A DNA stretch of 32,000 nucleotides from Alkalilimnicola ehrlichii MLHE-1 (GTDB taxonomy: Bacteria; Pseudomonadota; Gammaproteobacteria; Nitrococcales; Halorhodospiraceae): assembly GCF_000014785.1 (NCBI RefSeq), contig NC_008340.1, positions 2,130,001 to 2,162,000 of the forward strand, read 5' to 3'. The translations under genes and the position numbers were made by a program. This document shows positions 1-9,992 of this stretch, in pieces. The notes below the pieces were generated by a model, which searched no databases, had not been told where the DNA came from, and was given only the letters and a program-made list of their open reading frames with translations. How positions within the stretch are numbered: position 1 is the stretch's first letter; each line of letters starts with the position of its first letter.

Positions 1-2
1 TG

Positions 3-614
<612 letters not shown>

Positions 615-670
615 GGAGGCACCCCCCGGCTGCACGGCGGGGCCGACGATGCGACGGCGGGAGACCGGTC

Positions 671-1273
671 CTACAGAAACCGTCGCCGTGCCCGGTGCAG
701 CAGCAGGCCAGCGAGCAGCGAGAGCAGGATAACGATGGTGGCGGCGGAATAGACGCCCAGCCAGTCGGCCAGCCGGGCCCATTGGTTGCCCAGCCAATAG
801 CCGGCCACAGCCAGCACGGCGTTCCACAACGCGGTGCCGGCAGCGGTGAGCAGCACGAAGCGCAGGAACCCCATGGGCATGAGCCCGGCCGGTATAGAGA
901 CCAGGCTGCGGAAGCTGGGCACCAGGCGCCCGAAGAACACCATCCAGTCCCCGTAATACTGAAAGGCCATCATCACCCGGTCCAGGTCCTTGCCCTTCAA
1001 TAGCAGATAACGCCCCGGTCCGGTGACCAGCGTCCGGGTGCGCGCCTCCCCCACCTGGCGCGCCACCAGGTAGATCAGGGTGGAACCGAACGTGGCCCCG
1101 ATGCTTCCGGCCACCACCACCCCCTCGAGGGTGAACACCTCCGTGAAGGCCAGGAAGCCGGCGAAAGGCATGATCACCTCGGGGGCGACGACGATCATCA
1201 CCAGGGCCAGCCCGCGGTAGCCCAACCCTTCCACCAACGACCGCCACCAGGCCAGGGTCACCTCACTCGACAT
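671..1273 (-). CDS. DedA/SNARE-associated family inner-membrane protein
   Basis: Multi-TM translation with DedA-like segments (PEVIMPFAGFLA, GRLVPSFRSLVSIPAGL). I prefer ATG at 1273 (MSSEVTL), preceded by GAGGG, over the track's upstream start at 1345. Stop TAG at 671-673. Confidence 0.82.
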   Translation of the reverse strand: MSSEVTLAWWRSLVEGLGYRGLALVMIVVAPEVIMPFAGFLAFTEVFTLEGVVVAGSIGATFGSTLIYLVARQVGEARTRTLVTGPGRYLLLKGKDLDRVMMAFQYYGDWMVFFGRLVPSFRSLVSIPAGLMPMGFLRFVLLTAAGTALWNAVLAVAGYWLGNQWARLADWLGVYSAATIVILLSLLAGLLLHRARRRFL

Positions 1274-1536
1274 CCGCCCTCTGTCCCTTCCCGGCGGCTT
1301 GTCCCCCTCAGGGGTGGCCGGGCCGCAACATTCAACGTTTCGCAATGGTCCGCGGGAGCGCCCCGCCCGCGCCTCGATATCACCGGGATGTCACACGCCG
1401 GGGATGGCAGGGTTCCACGCTCACTGGTAAGTTGAGGGTAATCCTTTTCGGCTGCCCCCACGCGAACCCGTTAGGCTAACACCTTCGGCCGGCGTGCGGG
1501 TGCCTTCGCCGCCAGAACACGAGACCGCGCCTTCGC

Positions 1537-3621
1537 ATGGACCAAAAAACGATCGATCTCAAGCAACCGGACCTCTACTTCAACCGCCTGCTCAGCCTGC
1601 TGGAGTTCAACCGCCGGGTGCTCGCCCAGGCCAAGGACACCGACACCCCGCTGCTGGAACGCCTCAAGTTCCTCTGTATCTGCACCTCGAACATGGACGA
1701 GTTCTTCGAGGTGAGGGTCTCGGGGGTGAAACACAAGGCCGAGGCCGGTTCGGTTCAGGCCGAGTCGGACAATCGCAGCCCGCAGGAGACCCTGAATGCC
1801 ATCAGTGCCGTCAGCCACGAGCTGGTAGCCGAGCAGTACCGCGTCCTCAACGAGGAATTGATCCCGGCCCTGGCGGAAGAGGACATCCGCTTCATCCGCC
1901 GGGCCGATTGGACCGACGCCCAGACGGAGTGGCTGCGCCGTTTTTTCGAGGACGAGCTGCTGCCGGTGCTCAGCCCCCTGGGACTGGATCCGGCCCACCC
2001 CTTCCCCAAGGTACTGAACAAGAGCCTGAACTTCATCGTCAGCCTGGAGGGCAAAGATGCCTTCGGCCGCAACAGCGGGTTCGCCATCGTGCAGGCGCCG
2101 CGCGCCCTGCCGCGCCTGATTCAACTGCCCCGGGAGGGTGAGGACAACGGACCCTGGGACTTCGTCTTCCTGTCCTCGGTCATTCACGCCTTCGTGGATC
2201 AGCTCTTCCCGGGCATGAAGATCAAGGGCTGTTATCAATTCCGGGTGACCCGCAACAGCGATCTGTTTGTTGACGAGGAGGAGGTGGACGACCTGCTGCG
2301 GGCGCTGGAGGGGGAGCTGCTCTCCCGCCGGTACGGCGAGGCCATTCGCTTGGAGGTGGCGGCCAACTGTTCCGAGGACCTGGCCAACTTCCTGCTGCGC
2401 AAGTTCGAGCTCGGGCCGGACGACCTCTACCAGGTGGACGGGCCGGTCAACCTGAACCGGATGATGGCGGTCTACGACCTGGTGGACCGCCCCGATCTGA
2501 AGTATCCGTCGTTCACCCCCGGGCTGCCGGCGGATTTCAGCCACAGCGGCGATATCTTCAAGGTCCTGCGCAAGCGCCAGGTGCTGCTGCACCACCCCTT
2601 CCAGTCCTTTGCCCCGGTCATCGAGCTGGTGCGCCAGGCCTCGCTGGATCCGGACGTGCTCGCCATCAAGCAGACCCTCTACCGCACCGGGCCCGATTCC
2701 GCCATCGTCGATCACCTGGTGCGCGCGGCGCGGGACGGTAAGGAGGTCACCGTTATCATCGAGTTGCGCGCCCGCTTTGACGAGGCGGCCAACATCGCCC
2801 TCGCCAACCGGCTGCAGGAGGCCGGCGTGCACGTGGTCTATGGGGTCGTGGGCCACAAGACCCATGCCAAGATGCTGCTGGTGGTGCGCCGCGAGGGGCG
2901 CAAGCTGCGCCACTACGTGCACCTGGGGACCGGCAACTACCACTCACGCACCGCGCGGCTCTACACCGACTATGGCCTGTTCACCCGAGACAAGCATACG
3001 GGTGAGGATGTCCACCGGCTGTTCCTGCAAATGACCAGCCTGGGGCGTTTCTCCGAGCTGAAACGCCTGCTGCAATCGCCCTTCACCTTGCGGGAGGGGG
3101 TGATCCAGCGCATCCAACGGGAGGCCGAACACGCCCTCGCCGGTCACGAGGCCCGCATTATCGTCAAGGTCAATTCCCTCACCGAGCCTGGTGTCATCCA
3201 GGCGCTCTACCAGGCCTCGCAGGCAGGCGTCACCGTCGACCTGATCGTGCGCGGCATGTGCTGTCTGCGCCCCGGGGTACCGGGGGTCTCGGACAACATT
3301 CAAGTCCGCTCCATCATCGGCCGCTTCCTGGAACATACCCGGGTGTTCTATTTCCACAACCGGGGCGACAGCGACCTCTATGCCAGCAGCGCCGATTGGA
3401 TGGAGCGCAATTTCTTCCGGCGGGTGGAGACGGCCTTCCCCCTCCTGGACGAGGAGGCGCGCCGGCGGGTGCTGCTGGACCTGGAGTGCTATCTCAAGGA
3501 CAACACCCAGGCCTGGCTGCTGCAACCCGACGGCAGTTACGTGCGCCTCCAGCCCGCGGAGGGCGAGGAACCCTACTGCGCCCAGCGGGCCCTCCTCGCG
3601 TTGCTCGCCGACAGTGCCTGA
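1537..3621 (+). CDS. ppk: polyphosphate kinase 1
   Basis: 694 aa. N-terminal LYFNRLLSLLEFNRRVL, then RLKFLCI, and two PLD-like HKxxxxD-type regions (VVGHKTHAKMLLV and the FLEH..V segment) are typical of PPK1. ATG at 1537, TGA at 3619-3621. Confidence 0.97.
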   Translation: MDQKTIDLKQPDLYFNRLLSLLEFNRRVLAQAKDTDTPLLERLKFLCICTSNMDEFFEVRVSGVKHKAEAGSVQAESDNRSPQETLNAISAVSHELVAEQYRVLNEELIPALAEEDIRFIRRADWTDAQTEWLRRFFEDELLPVLSPLGLDPAHPFPKVLNKSLNFIVSLEGKDAFGRNSGFAIVQAPRALPRLIQLPREGEDNGPWDFVFLSSVIHAFVDQLFPGMKIKGCYQFRVTRNSDLFVDEEEVDDLLRALEGELLSRRYGEAIRLEVAANCSEDLANFLLRKFELGPDDLYQVDGPVNLNRMMAVYDLVDRPDLKYPSFTPGLPADFSHSGDIFKVLRKRQVLLHHPFQSFAPVIELVRQASLDPDVLAIKQTLYRTGPDSAIVDHLVRAARDGKEVTVIIELRARFDEAANIALANRLQEAGVHVVYGVVGHKTHAKMLLVVRREGRKLRHYVHLGTGNYHSRTARLYTDYGLFTRDKHTGEDVHRLFLQMTSLGRFSELKRLLQSPFTLREGVIQRIQREAEHALAGHEARIIVKVNSLTEPGVIQALYQASQAGVTVDLIVRGMCCLRPGVPGVSDNIQVRSIIGRFLEHTRVFYFHNRGDSDLYASSADWMERNFFRRVETAFPLLDEEARRRVLLDLECYLKDNTQAWLLQPDGSYVRLQPAEGEEPYCAQRALLALLADSA

Positions 3622-3643
3622 AGCGCGGCCGGCGAGCAACGCG
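3597..3643. terminator. 14-bp perfect inverted repeat (CGCGTTGCTCGCCG / CGGCGAGCAACGCG) with a 19-nt loop; candidate bidirectional terminator or RNA-stabilising hairpin between convergent ppk and ppx
   Basis: Arms at 3597-3610 and 3630-3643 are exact reverse complements. The loop (3611-3629) contains the ppk stop codon. The right arm fills most of the 27-nt ppk/ppx spacer. No U-tract follows on either strand, so terminator function is inferred. Confidence 0.45.
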
Positions 3644-3648
3644 GCGGA

Positions 3649-5142
3649 TCAAGCGCCGAGATAGAGTCGCAGATCCGCCCGCTTGAGCCAGCGGCGTTCC
3701 TGTTCCAGATCCGCGCGCACCAGGGGGTGTTGCTCCAGCCAGTCCGAGGGGAGTTCCAGCTTCAGGTGGTGGCCGTTGCCACGCAGGCGGAAATCGGGCA
3801 GCGGGGTCTCGCTGCGGCTGCGGTGCAGCAGGACGGCGAGCCGCAATAACACCCCCAGGCGAATCAACGGGATCCGGTGGCTGCCCGGCAGGGCGTCGAA
3901 CTCGACGACCGGGAACTTGCGCCGGTGGGCCCGGACCAGCACCGCCAACAGCTGCTGGTCCAGGCTGGAAAACCCGGCCATATCCGCGTGGCGGGTGATG
4001 TAGGCCCCATGCTTGTGGTACTGGCTGTGGGAGATATCCAGGCCCACCTCATGCAGTTGCGCCGCCCAGCGCAACAGGCGCGCCCAGAAGGGCCGCTGCA
4101 GTGACCAATCAGCGGCCACCTGCTGCAGGCAATAGTGGGCGGTGGCGGCCACCCGTCCGGCCTGCAGTTCATCCACATGGTAGCGCCGGACCAGGCTCTC
4201 CACCGTGGCGGCGCGCACGTCCGCCTCCCCCAGGCGCCCCACCAGGTCGTAGAGCAGCCCCTCACGCAGCGCCCCCTCGGCCACCTCCATCCGGCCCACA
4301 CCCAGGGTCTCGAACACCGCGCTGAGCACAGCGACGCCGCCGGGCAACACCACCCGACGGTCATCGCTCAACCCGTCCAGCCGCAGCCGATCCACGTGGC
4401 CGGCGCTCAGGAGCGTGTCACCGAGCCGCTGCAGCGCCTCCCGGGTGATGCCGTAGTCGCACCAGCCCGCCGCCTGGACCACGTTGGCCACGGCCCGGAT
4501 CGTCCCCGAGGCCCCCACGGCCTCCGCCCAAAGGGGCGTCTGATAATGGGCGCCCACCGGCTCCATCTCCACACCCGCGGCTGTCAACGCCCGCTCCATG
4601 CACGCCGGAGTAATCTCGCCGCCCGGGAAATAGCGCTCGGTAAAGCTCACGCAGCCCATGTGCAGGCTGTCCATGGCTCGGGGCTGCTCCCCGGCCCCGA
4701 TGATCAATTCGGTGCTGCCTCCCCCGATGTCCACCACCAGCCGCGGGCGGCCATCGAAATCCAGGCTTCGGGCCACGCCCAGGTAGACCAGCCGCGCCTC
4801 CTCGTAACCCGGTATGATCTCAATCCCGTGCCCCAGGGCCGCCTCGGCCTCCTCAAGGAAGCCCCGCTTCTGCCGGGCCCTGCGCAGGGTATTGGTACCC
4901 ACTGCCCGAACCCCGCCGGCATCCACCTCACGCAAACGCTGGCCGAACCGGCGCAGACAGGCCAGAGCACGCTCCCGAGCCGGCGCGCTCAGGGTGCGGT
5001 GGGTCTCCAGTCCCTCGGCAAGACGGACCGGCTCTCGCAACCGGTCCAGGATGCGCAGCTGTCCGCCCTCGTGGCGGGCGACGATCATATGGAAGCTGTT
5101 GGAACCCAGATCGACAGCGGCCAGGATATCCGGCTTGCCCAT
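3649..5142 (-). CDS. ppx: exopolyphosphatase (Ppx/GppA family)
   Basis: 497 aa. The N-terminal AAVDLGSNSFHM, then DIGGGSTE, form the ASKHA-fold Ppx/GppA signature, and the C-terminal region is HD-like. ATG at 5140-5142. Confidence 0.95.
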   Translation of the reverse strand: MGKPDILAAVDLGSNSFHMIVARHEGGQLRILDRLREPVRLAEGLETHRTLSAPARERALACLRRFGQRLREVDAGGVRAVGTNTLRRARQKRGFLEEAEAALGHGIEIIPGYEEARLVYLGVARSLDFDGRPRLVVDIGGGSTELIIGAGEQPRAMDSLHMGCVSFTERYFPGGEITPACMERALTAAGVEMEPVGAHYQTPLWAEAVGASGTIRAVANVVQAAGWCDYGITREALQRLGDTLLSAGHVDRLRLDGLSDDRRVVLPGGVAVLSAVFETLGVGRMEVAEGALREGLLYDLVGRLGEADVRAATVESLVRRYHVDELQAGRVAATAHYCLQQVAADWSLQRPFWARLLRWAAQLHEVGLDISHSQYHKHGAYITRHADMAGFSSLDQQLLAVLVRAHRRKFPVVEFDALPGSHRIPLIRLGVLLRLAVLLHRSRSETPLPDFRLRGNGHHLKLELPSDWLEQHPLVRADLEQERRWLKRADLRLYLGA

Positions 5143-5145
5143 GCG

Positions 5146-5655
5146 CTAACGTCCGGCTTTCGCGAGCTGACGCAGGGGCCGGGCGGGTAGATACCACTGC
5201 AACTCGCCCCCGCCAGGCCGCGGCGGCTGATCGAACACCAAGGAAAGCATCCCGCCCTTCTTGAAGTGCATGAAGGAACGGGTCTGACCGGAGAGCGCGT
5301 AGGCGGCAAGGGCCCCCAGATCGGGCTCATGGCCCACCGCCATCACCCGACCCGGGTGATCCACCAACCACGCGAGGAAGGCGTCGGGGTCCCCCCCCGG
5401 GGCCAGGCCCTCGTGCAGTTCGCGCTCCACCGGCGGCGGGCCCTCCTCGGCAAGGATATCCGCCGTCTGTCGGGCCCGCAGCAGCGGGCTGTGCAACAGG
5501 AGGTCGATCTCGGGGAGCAGCCGGGTCACTCCCCGTGCCGCTGCCTTCATACGGTCCCGTCCCTTGTCGGTCAGCGCCCGTTCGGCGTCGGGTAGGCAGC
5601 CATCCGGCGGCGGATCCTCGGCAATGGCGTGCCGCACCAGTACCAATTCCCACAT
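5146..5655 (-). CDS. sixA: SixA-type phosphohistidine phosphatase (histidine phosphatase superfamily)
   Basis: 169 aa. LVLVRHAIA (RH catalytic motif), HSPLLRARQT and AVGHEPDLG resemble SixA. The stop lies 3 nt before the ppx ATG. GGGAG sits upstream of the ATG at 5655. Confidence 0.8.
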   Translation of the reverse strand: MWELVLVRHAIAEDPPPDGCLPDAERALTDKGRDRMKAAARGVTRLLPEIDLLLHSPLLRARQTADILAEEGPPPVERELHEGLAPGGDPDAFLAWLVDHPGRVMAVGHEPDLGALAAYALSGQTRSFMHFKKGGMLSLVFDQPPRPGGGELQWYLPARPLRQLAKAGR

Positions 5656-5675
5656 AGTGTCGCTCCCGAAGGGTT

Positions 5676-7205
5676 TCAGGCGTGTTCGCGGAGAACCGGA
5701 TCGACCACCAGGCGGTTGCGGCCCTGGTTCTTCGCGGTGTAGAGGGCCTGGTCGGCTGCCGCCACCAGGCTGTCGGTGTCAACGAAGGGGCGGCCGCCCT
5801 CCTGGACGGCGAGCCCGGCGGAGGCCGTCACCCGCAGCTGCGGCGCCTCCTTCAGGCCCAAGTCGGTACCCCGCACCCGCTCCAGCACCCGCCGAACCAC
5901 GCGTTGTGCATCCTGCCAGTGGACCCCGGGCAGCAAGAGCACGAATTCCTCACCGCCATAGCGGGCGACGACATCCTCACCGCGCACGGCATCGTGCAGC
6001 ACCGCGCTGACCCGGCGCAAGACCTGGTCGCCGGCGAGATGACCGTATTCATCGTTGACCTGCTTGAAGTGGTCCAGGTCCAGCACCACCAGGGTCAGCG
6101 GCCAGCCCCCCATCGCCGCCCCGGTGAATTCATCCTGGAGCCGACGGAAGAGTTGGTCGCGATTGTAGAGGCCGGTCAGGGGGTCACGCCGGGTGCGTTC
6201 CTCCAGCTCCCGGACCTGTTGCTCGTAGGCCTGTGCCTGCTCTCGCACTTCGACCACTTCGTGGACCATGCGGAGGTTTTGCAGAATAAGGGCCTCGCGC
6301 GCCTGCTCCAGCACACCCGCGGTGCTCTCCGGGTCATCCAACCGGATCTCAAAGAGCCTGGCCAGCTCCGGCTCTGCGGCACCAACCGCTTCCAGCAGGG
6401 CCTGTACCTCCTCCGCGGACCACCCGAGCGCCCGCGCCACCTGCTGAGCGGCACGGTCCGCCGCACGGCGGGTGTCATCAGCGAGCCACACATCGGCGAT
6501 GGCGCCGGACAACGCCACGGCACCCCGCAACAGGGTGGGCCCATCGGTGGTCGGGGACGCCACATCCAGCGCCACCTGATGGCTTCCGGCCACCGCCTCC
6601 ACCAGATGGCCCGGCAACCCCCAGCGGCCCATCAACCAAGCCGCCACGTCCGCATGGTCACAGCCGAGGGCGGCCCGCTCTGCCGCCGCCAGGCTGTCGT
6701 GGCACTGCGCAGCGGCAGCGATCTGTCGGTACTCGTCCTTGAGGGCGACATCCAGCACCAGGATTCCCAGGTCCTGAACCAACCCCGCCAGCATCAAGTC
6801 CTCTTCCCGCATCAGGCACTGGCGGCGCCCGATCTCCCGCGCGGCAGCGGCGGCCAGCAGGGACCGGCGCCAATACCGCTGCCGGTCGTAGCCGCCCTGT
6901 TCGGACGCCTGCTGCAGGGTGGGAATGAGCGTGAAACTGAGCGCGAGGGTCACCGCCGCATTCATGCCCATGGTGACCAGGGCCTGACGGACGTTGGTGA
7001 CCTCGCGACGGCGGGCGTAAAAGGGGGAGTTCGCGACCTTGAGGATGCGGACACTGAGCGCGGGGTCCTTGCCGATCACCTCCGCCAGGTCCGCGGTGCC
7101 CACATCAGGCTGATTGCCCAGTTCCACCAGCCGCATGGCGGCGGCCGGCAACGTGGGAAGCCCCGGCGCCAGCTCCAGCCGGCGGGCAAGACGGGCGTCA
7201 AGCAT
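5676..7205 (-). CDS. HDOD domain + GGDEF diguanylate cyclase
   Basis: 509 aa. The N-terminal HDOD-like region contains LPTLPAAAMRLVEL and ILKVANSPFY. The C-terminal GGDEF domain has an intact GGEEF (GGC GGT GAG GAA TTC on the minus strand at 5943-5957) and an RGED (RxxD) I-site 5 residues upstream. ATG at 7205 is preceded by GAGGGGAG. Confidence 0.9.
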   Translation of the reverse strand: MLDARLARRLELAPGLPTLPAAAMRLVELGNQPDVGTADLAEVIGKDPALSVRILKVANSPFYARRREVTNVRQALVTMGMNAAVTLALSFTLIPTLQQASEQGGYDRQRYWRRSLLAAAAAREIGRRQCLMREEDLMLAGLVQDLGILVLDVALKDEYRQIAAAAQCHDSLAAAERAALGCDHADVAAWLMGRWGLPGHLVEAVAGSHQVALDVASPTTDGPTLLRGAVALSGAIADVWLADDTRRAADRAAQQVARALGWSAEEVQALLEAVGAAEPELARLFEIRLDDPESTAGVLEQAREALILQNLRMVHEVVEVREQAQAYEQQVRELEERTRRDPLTGLYNRDQLFRRLQDEFTGAAMGGWPLTLVVLDLDHFKQVNDEYGHLAGDQVLRRVSAVLHDAVRGEDVVARYGGEEFVLLLPGVHWQDAQRVVRRVLERVRGTDLGLKEAPQLRVTASAGLAVQEGGRPFVDTDSLVAAADQALYTAKNQGRNRLVVDPVLREHA

Positions 7206-7272
7206 GCAGCACTCCCCTCAAAGCGCGCGGCAACCGGCCTTGAGGCACGCCCCTGGGGGCGCCGGTCCCCGC

Positions 7273-7506
7273 TCAACGCGATGATTTGTTGTTGGTATTC
7301 TCGTCCCGGGTGTCCGCTTCGGGCTCGACCTCTTGCTCGGACCGCTTGGTTTTCTCACCGGGCAGCGGCTCATCATCCAGCAACGGCTGATAGGCCGGGC
7401 TGTCCAGGTCATCATACTGCCCGCTGTCCACTGCCCAGAAGAAGGCCCAGATGGCGATGAGCAGAAAGATGATACCGACCGGTATGGAAAAAAAGATGAC
7501 GCTCAT
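7273..7506 (-). CDS. ccoS: cbb3 oxidase maturation protein CcoS/FixS
   Basis: 77 aa with a single TM. The IPVGIIFLLIAIWAFFWAVDSGQYDDLD signature is typical of CcoS. It lies immediately downstream of ccoI. Confidence 0.9.
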   Translation of the reverse strand: MSVIFFSIPVGIIFLLIAIWAFFWAVDSGQYDDLDSPAYQPLLDDEPLPGEKTKRSEQEVEPEADTRDENTNNKSSR

Positions 7507-7509
7507 GGC

Positions 7510-9990
7510 TCAGGACCGACCCGGGACAGGCTGTGCTTGGATCTTCCCACGGCCGACGGGTACAGGGCAAGCCGCCACCGGCCGCTGCCCCCGACTCAGG
7601 CGGCTGGCGTTGAGGATGACGAGAATAGAGCTGCCAGCCATACCCAAGGCGGCCATCCAGGGCGTGAGGAAACCCACCGCCGCCAACGGCAGGGCGGAGA
7701 AGTTGTAACAGGCCGACAGGGTCAGGTTCTGGATCATGATGCGCCGGCTCTGATGCGCCCAGTGAAACCCCCGCTCCACCGGGGTCAAACGCTCACCCAA
7801 CAAGACCATATCGGCGGAGGTCTGCGCCAGCGCCGTGCCGGTGTTCATGGCAATGGCGACATCGGCCCCGGCCAGCACCGGCGCATCGTTAAGCCCATCC
7901 CCCACCATGGCCACCTTGACGCCCTGCGCCTGGATCTCCCGGATTCGAGCCAGTTTGTCGTCGGGTCGCATGCGCGCCTGCCACCGGTCGATGCCCAGGC
8001 GCCGGGCAACGGCCTCAACCACGGCCGGATGATCGCCACTGGCCAGCTCCACGGTGAGCCCACGGGCCTTGAGCGCGGCCACCAGTTCCGCGGCATCCTC
8101 CCGGGGCCGGTCCGCCAACTGGAACCGCGCCAGCGGCTGCCCGTTGCGCGCCAAAACCACCCAACTGCCCTCGTCACTGGGCTCACCCTCGCCCACCGCC
8201 TGGTCACAGGCGAAACGGGGCAGCCCGATACGGTATTCGTCGCCGTCCAGGGCCCCGCGCACCCCATCGCCGCGCACCGCCTCCACGTCGTCGAACGCCA
8301 ACCGTTGCCCATGCCCGTCGAAGGCCCGGGCGATCGGGTGCTCCGAGTGGCGTTCAAGGCCACCGGCGAGCGCCAGTGCACGGGTCTCATCCAGGCCGGG
8401 CTCATCAGTCAGCAGCTCGATCCGCTCCACCCGCAGTTCGCCGCGGGTCAGGGTCCCGGTCTTGTCGAAGACCACGTGACCCACCTTGGTCATGGTCTCC
8501 AGGGCATCCCGCTGAGTGATCAACAGCCCGGACCGCGCCAGTCGATTGGTGCCGCCGGCAATCGCCATTGGCGTGGCCATGGCCAGGGCGCAGGGGCAGG
8601 TGGCGGCCAGTACCGCCATCAACACCGGGAAGGCCTGCACCGGGTCATGCTGCCACCACCAGGCGAACACCCCAACGGCTGCCACCAGCACCACGGAGAT
8701 GAAGCGTGCCGCCACCCAGTTGGCGACCCGCGCCAGGCGCGGCCGGTCGGCCTGGGCCCGGGCCAGCAGGCGGGAGATAGAGGACAGCACCGTGTCCTGG
8801 CCCAGGGCCTCGACGCGCATGCGGAAGACGCCGGCGGTGTTGAGGCTGCCACCCACCAGGCGCTCGCCCTCACCGCGCGACTGCGGCATGGACTCGCCGG
8901 TCAGCAGCGACTCGTCCAGATTGCCCTCGCCCCAGATCAGCTCACCGTCCGCGGGCACGGTCTCGCCAGAGCGCACCAGCAGGATGTCCCCGGTGCGCAG
9001 GTCCGCCACCGGGACTTGCTCCTCGCCCTGCTCGGTGACCCGAGTGGCGTTGCTGGGGATGAGTCGCGCCAGTGCGTCGGTGGTCTCGTTCGCCTTGTGG
9101 CGGGCCGCCATCTCAGCAAAACGGGCCACCCCCAGGAAAAAGATGAACATGACCACCGAGTCGAAGTAGACCTTCGGCCCGTCGGTGAGCGTCCACCAGA
9201 GACTGGCGGTATAGGTGATGCCGATGGCGAGGCTGACCGGGACGTCCATGCCCACAGTGCGGGCCCGGATATCGCGATAGGCGCCGATGAAGAAGGGAGC
9301 ACCGGCGTAGAACAACACCGGCGTGGCCACCAGCAGGCTGACCAAGCGCAGGAACTGCTCATGCACCGCGTCCATACCGTAGTAGTCGCCCAGGTAGAGC
9401 CCGATGCCGAGCATCATTACCTGCATCGTCCCCAGCCCGGAGACGATCAGCCGGCGTAGGGCCTTGCGCCGCTCCTGGTCGGCCATGGAGCGCACTTTGT
9501 CGGCGCGCAGCGGGTGGGCGCGATAGCCCAGACGCGCCATCTCACGGAGGAGGAAGGAAAGCGGGGCCCGCTCCTGCTCCCAGCGAATGATCGCGCGGCC
9601 GGTGGCGGCGTTGACCCGTACATCCAGGACCCCGTCCACCTGGCTGAGGAGGTGTTCGATCAGCCAGCCACAGGCCGCGCAGTAGAGGTTTTCGACCAGG
9701 AACGAGCCCTCGCGCGGGCCGTCGCCGATCCGCACGAAGTCGCGCTGGACCTCGTCACGGTCGTAGGCCGACCACTGGTCCGGACTGGATGCAACGGCCT
9801 CGTCATCCGGTCGGGCCCCGGCGCTGGTGCGGACCTGGTAGAACTTCTCCAGGCCGCTGCCCAGGATCATGTTGGCCACGGCATGGCACCCGGTGCAACA
9901 GACGGGTTCCTCCCGCCCGTTCACCGTGACAGTGCGGTCCTCGCCGGGCGGCACCTGCTCGCCGCAGTGAAAACACTTCTGGCCCGACAA
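7510..9990 (-). CDS. ccoI: copper-translocating P1B-type ATPase CcoI/FixI
   Basis: 826 aa. N-terminal Cys motifs CFHCGE and CCTGCH are present, with a CPC transmembrane motif (ATCPCAL), the DKTGTLT phosphorylation site and GDGLNDAP. Only a TTG start (9988-9990) keeps the Cys-rich N-terminus. It sits 2 nt after the ccoH stop. Confidence 0.93.
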   Translation of the reverse strand: MSGQKCFHCGEQVPPGEDRTVTVNGREEPVCCTGCHAVANMILGSGLEKFYQVRTSAGARPDDEAVASSPDQWSAYDRDEVQRDFVRIGDGPREGSFLVENLYCAACGWLIEHLLSQVDGVLDVRVNAATGRAIIRWEQERAPLSFLLREMARLGYRAHPLRADKVRSMADQERRKALRRLIVSGLGTMQVMMLGIGLYLGDYYGMDAVHEQFLRLVSLLVATPVLFYAGAPFFIGAYRDIRARTVGMDVPVSLAIGITYTASLWWTLTDGPKVYFDSVVMFIFFLGVARFAEMAARHKANETTDALARLIPSNATRVTEQGEEQVPVADLRTGDILLVRSGETVPADGELIWGEGNLDESLLTGESMPQSRGEGERLVGGSLNTAGVFRMRVEALGQDTVLSSISRLLARAQADRPRLARVANWVAARFISVVLVAAVGVFAWWWQHDPVQAFPVLMAVLAATCPCALAMATPMAIAGGTNRLARSGLLITQRDALETMTKVGHVVFDKTGTLTRGELRVERIELLTDEPGLDETRALALAGGLERHSEHPIARAFDGHGQRLAFDDVEAVRGDGVRGALDGDEYRIGLPRFACDQAVGEGEPSDEGSWVVLARNGQPLARFQLADRPREDAAELVAALKARGLTVELASGDHPAVVEAVARRLGIDRWQARMRPDDKLARIREIQAQGVKVAMVGDGLNDAPVLAGADVAIAMNTGTALAQTSADMVLLGERLTPVERGFHWAHQSRRIMIQNLTLSACYNFSALPLAAVGFLTPWMAALGMAGSSILVILNASRLSRGQRPVAACPVPVGRGKIQAQPVPGRS

Positions 9991-9992
9991 AT

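Noticed and set aside
1346-1536. Pho box or sigma54 promoter upstream of ppk (for example TGGCAG at 1405-1410 and TGTCAC at 1389-1394)
   Set aside because: TGGCAG-N5-CACGC has the wrong -12 spacing and sequence for sigma54. I found no tandem CTGTCAT-like 7-mers at 11-nt spacing. The region is better left unannotated.
7206-7272. Terminator between ccoS and the GGDEF gene
   Set aside because: Only short stems are present (CCTCAA/TTGAGG with an 18-nt loop, and a 5-bp GC stem), with no U-tract. That is too weak to call, so read-through remains possible.
7333-9459. 708-aa ORF on the plus strand, antisense to ccoI
   Set aside because: It is a shadow ORF of a high-GC gene. Its composition is Arg/Gly/Pro/His-rich with no recognisable motif, while the opposite strand encodes a complete P-type ATPase. 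The same reasoning rejects 13373..15337 + (antisense to ccoO/ccoN), 5682..7460 + (GGDEF), 1471..2943 - (ppk), 4135..5190 + (ppx), 11204..12019 + (ccoG), 16660..17676 - and 16997..17809 - (DUF58), 17961..19175 - (tgpA), 19555..20532 - (GDPD), 20996..22327 + (DUF1249/ppsR), 22376..24007 - (ppsA), 26045..27196 + (reductase) and 29423..31447 - (glcD/glcE).
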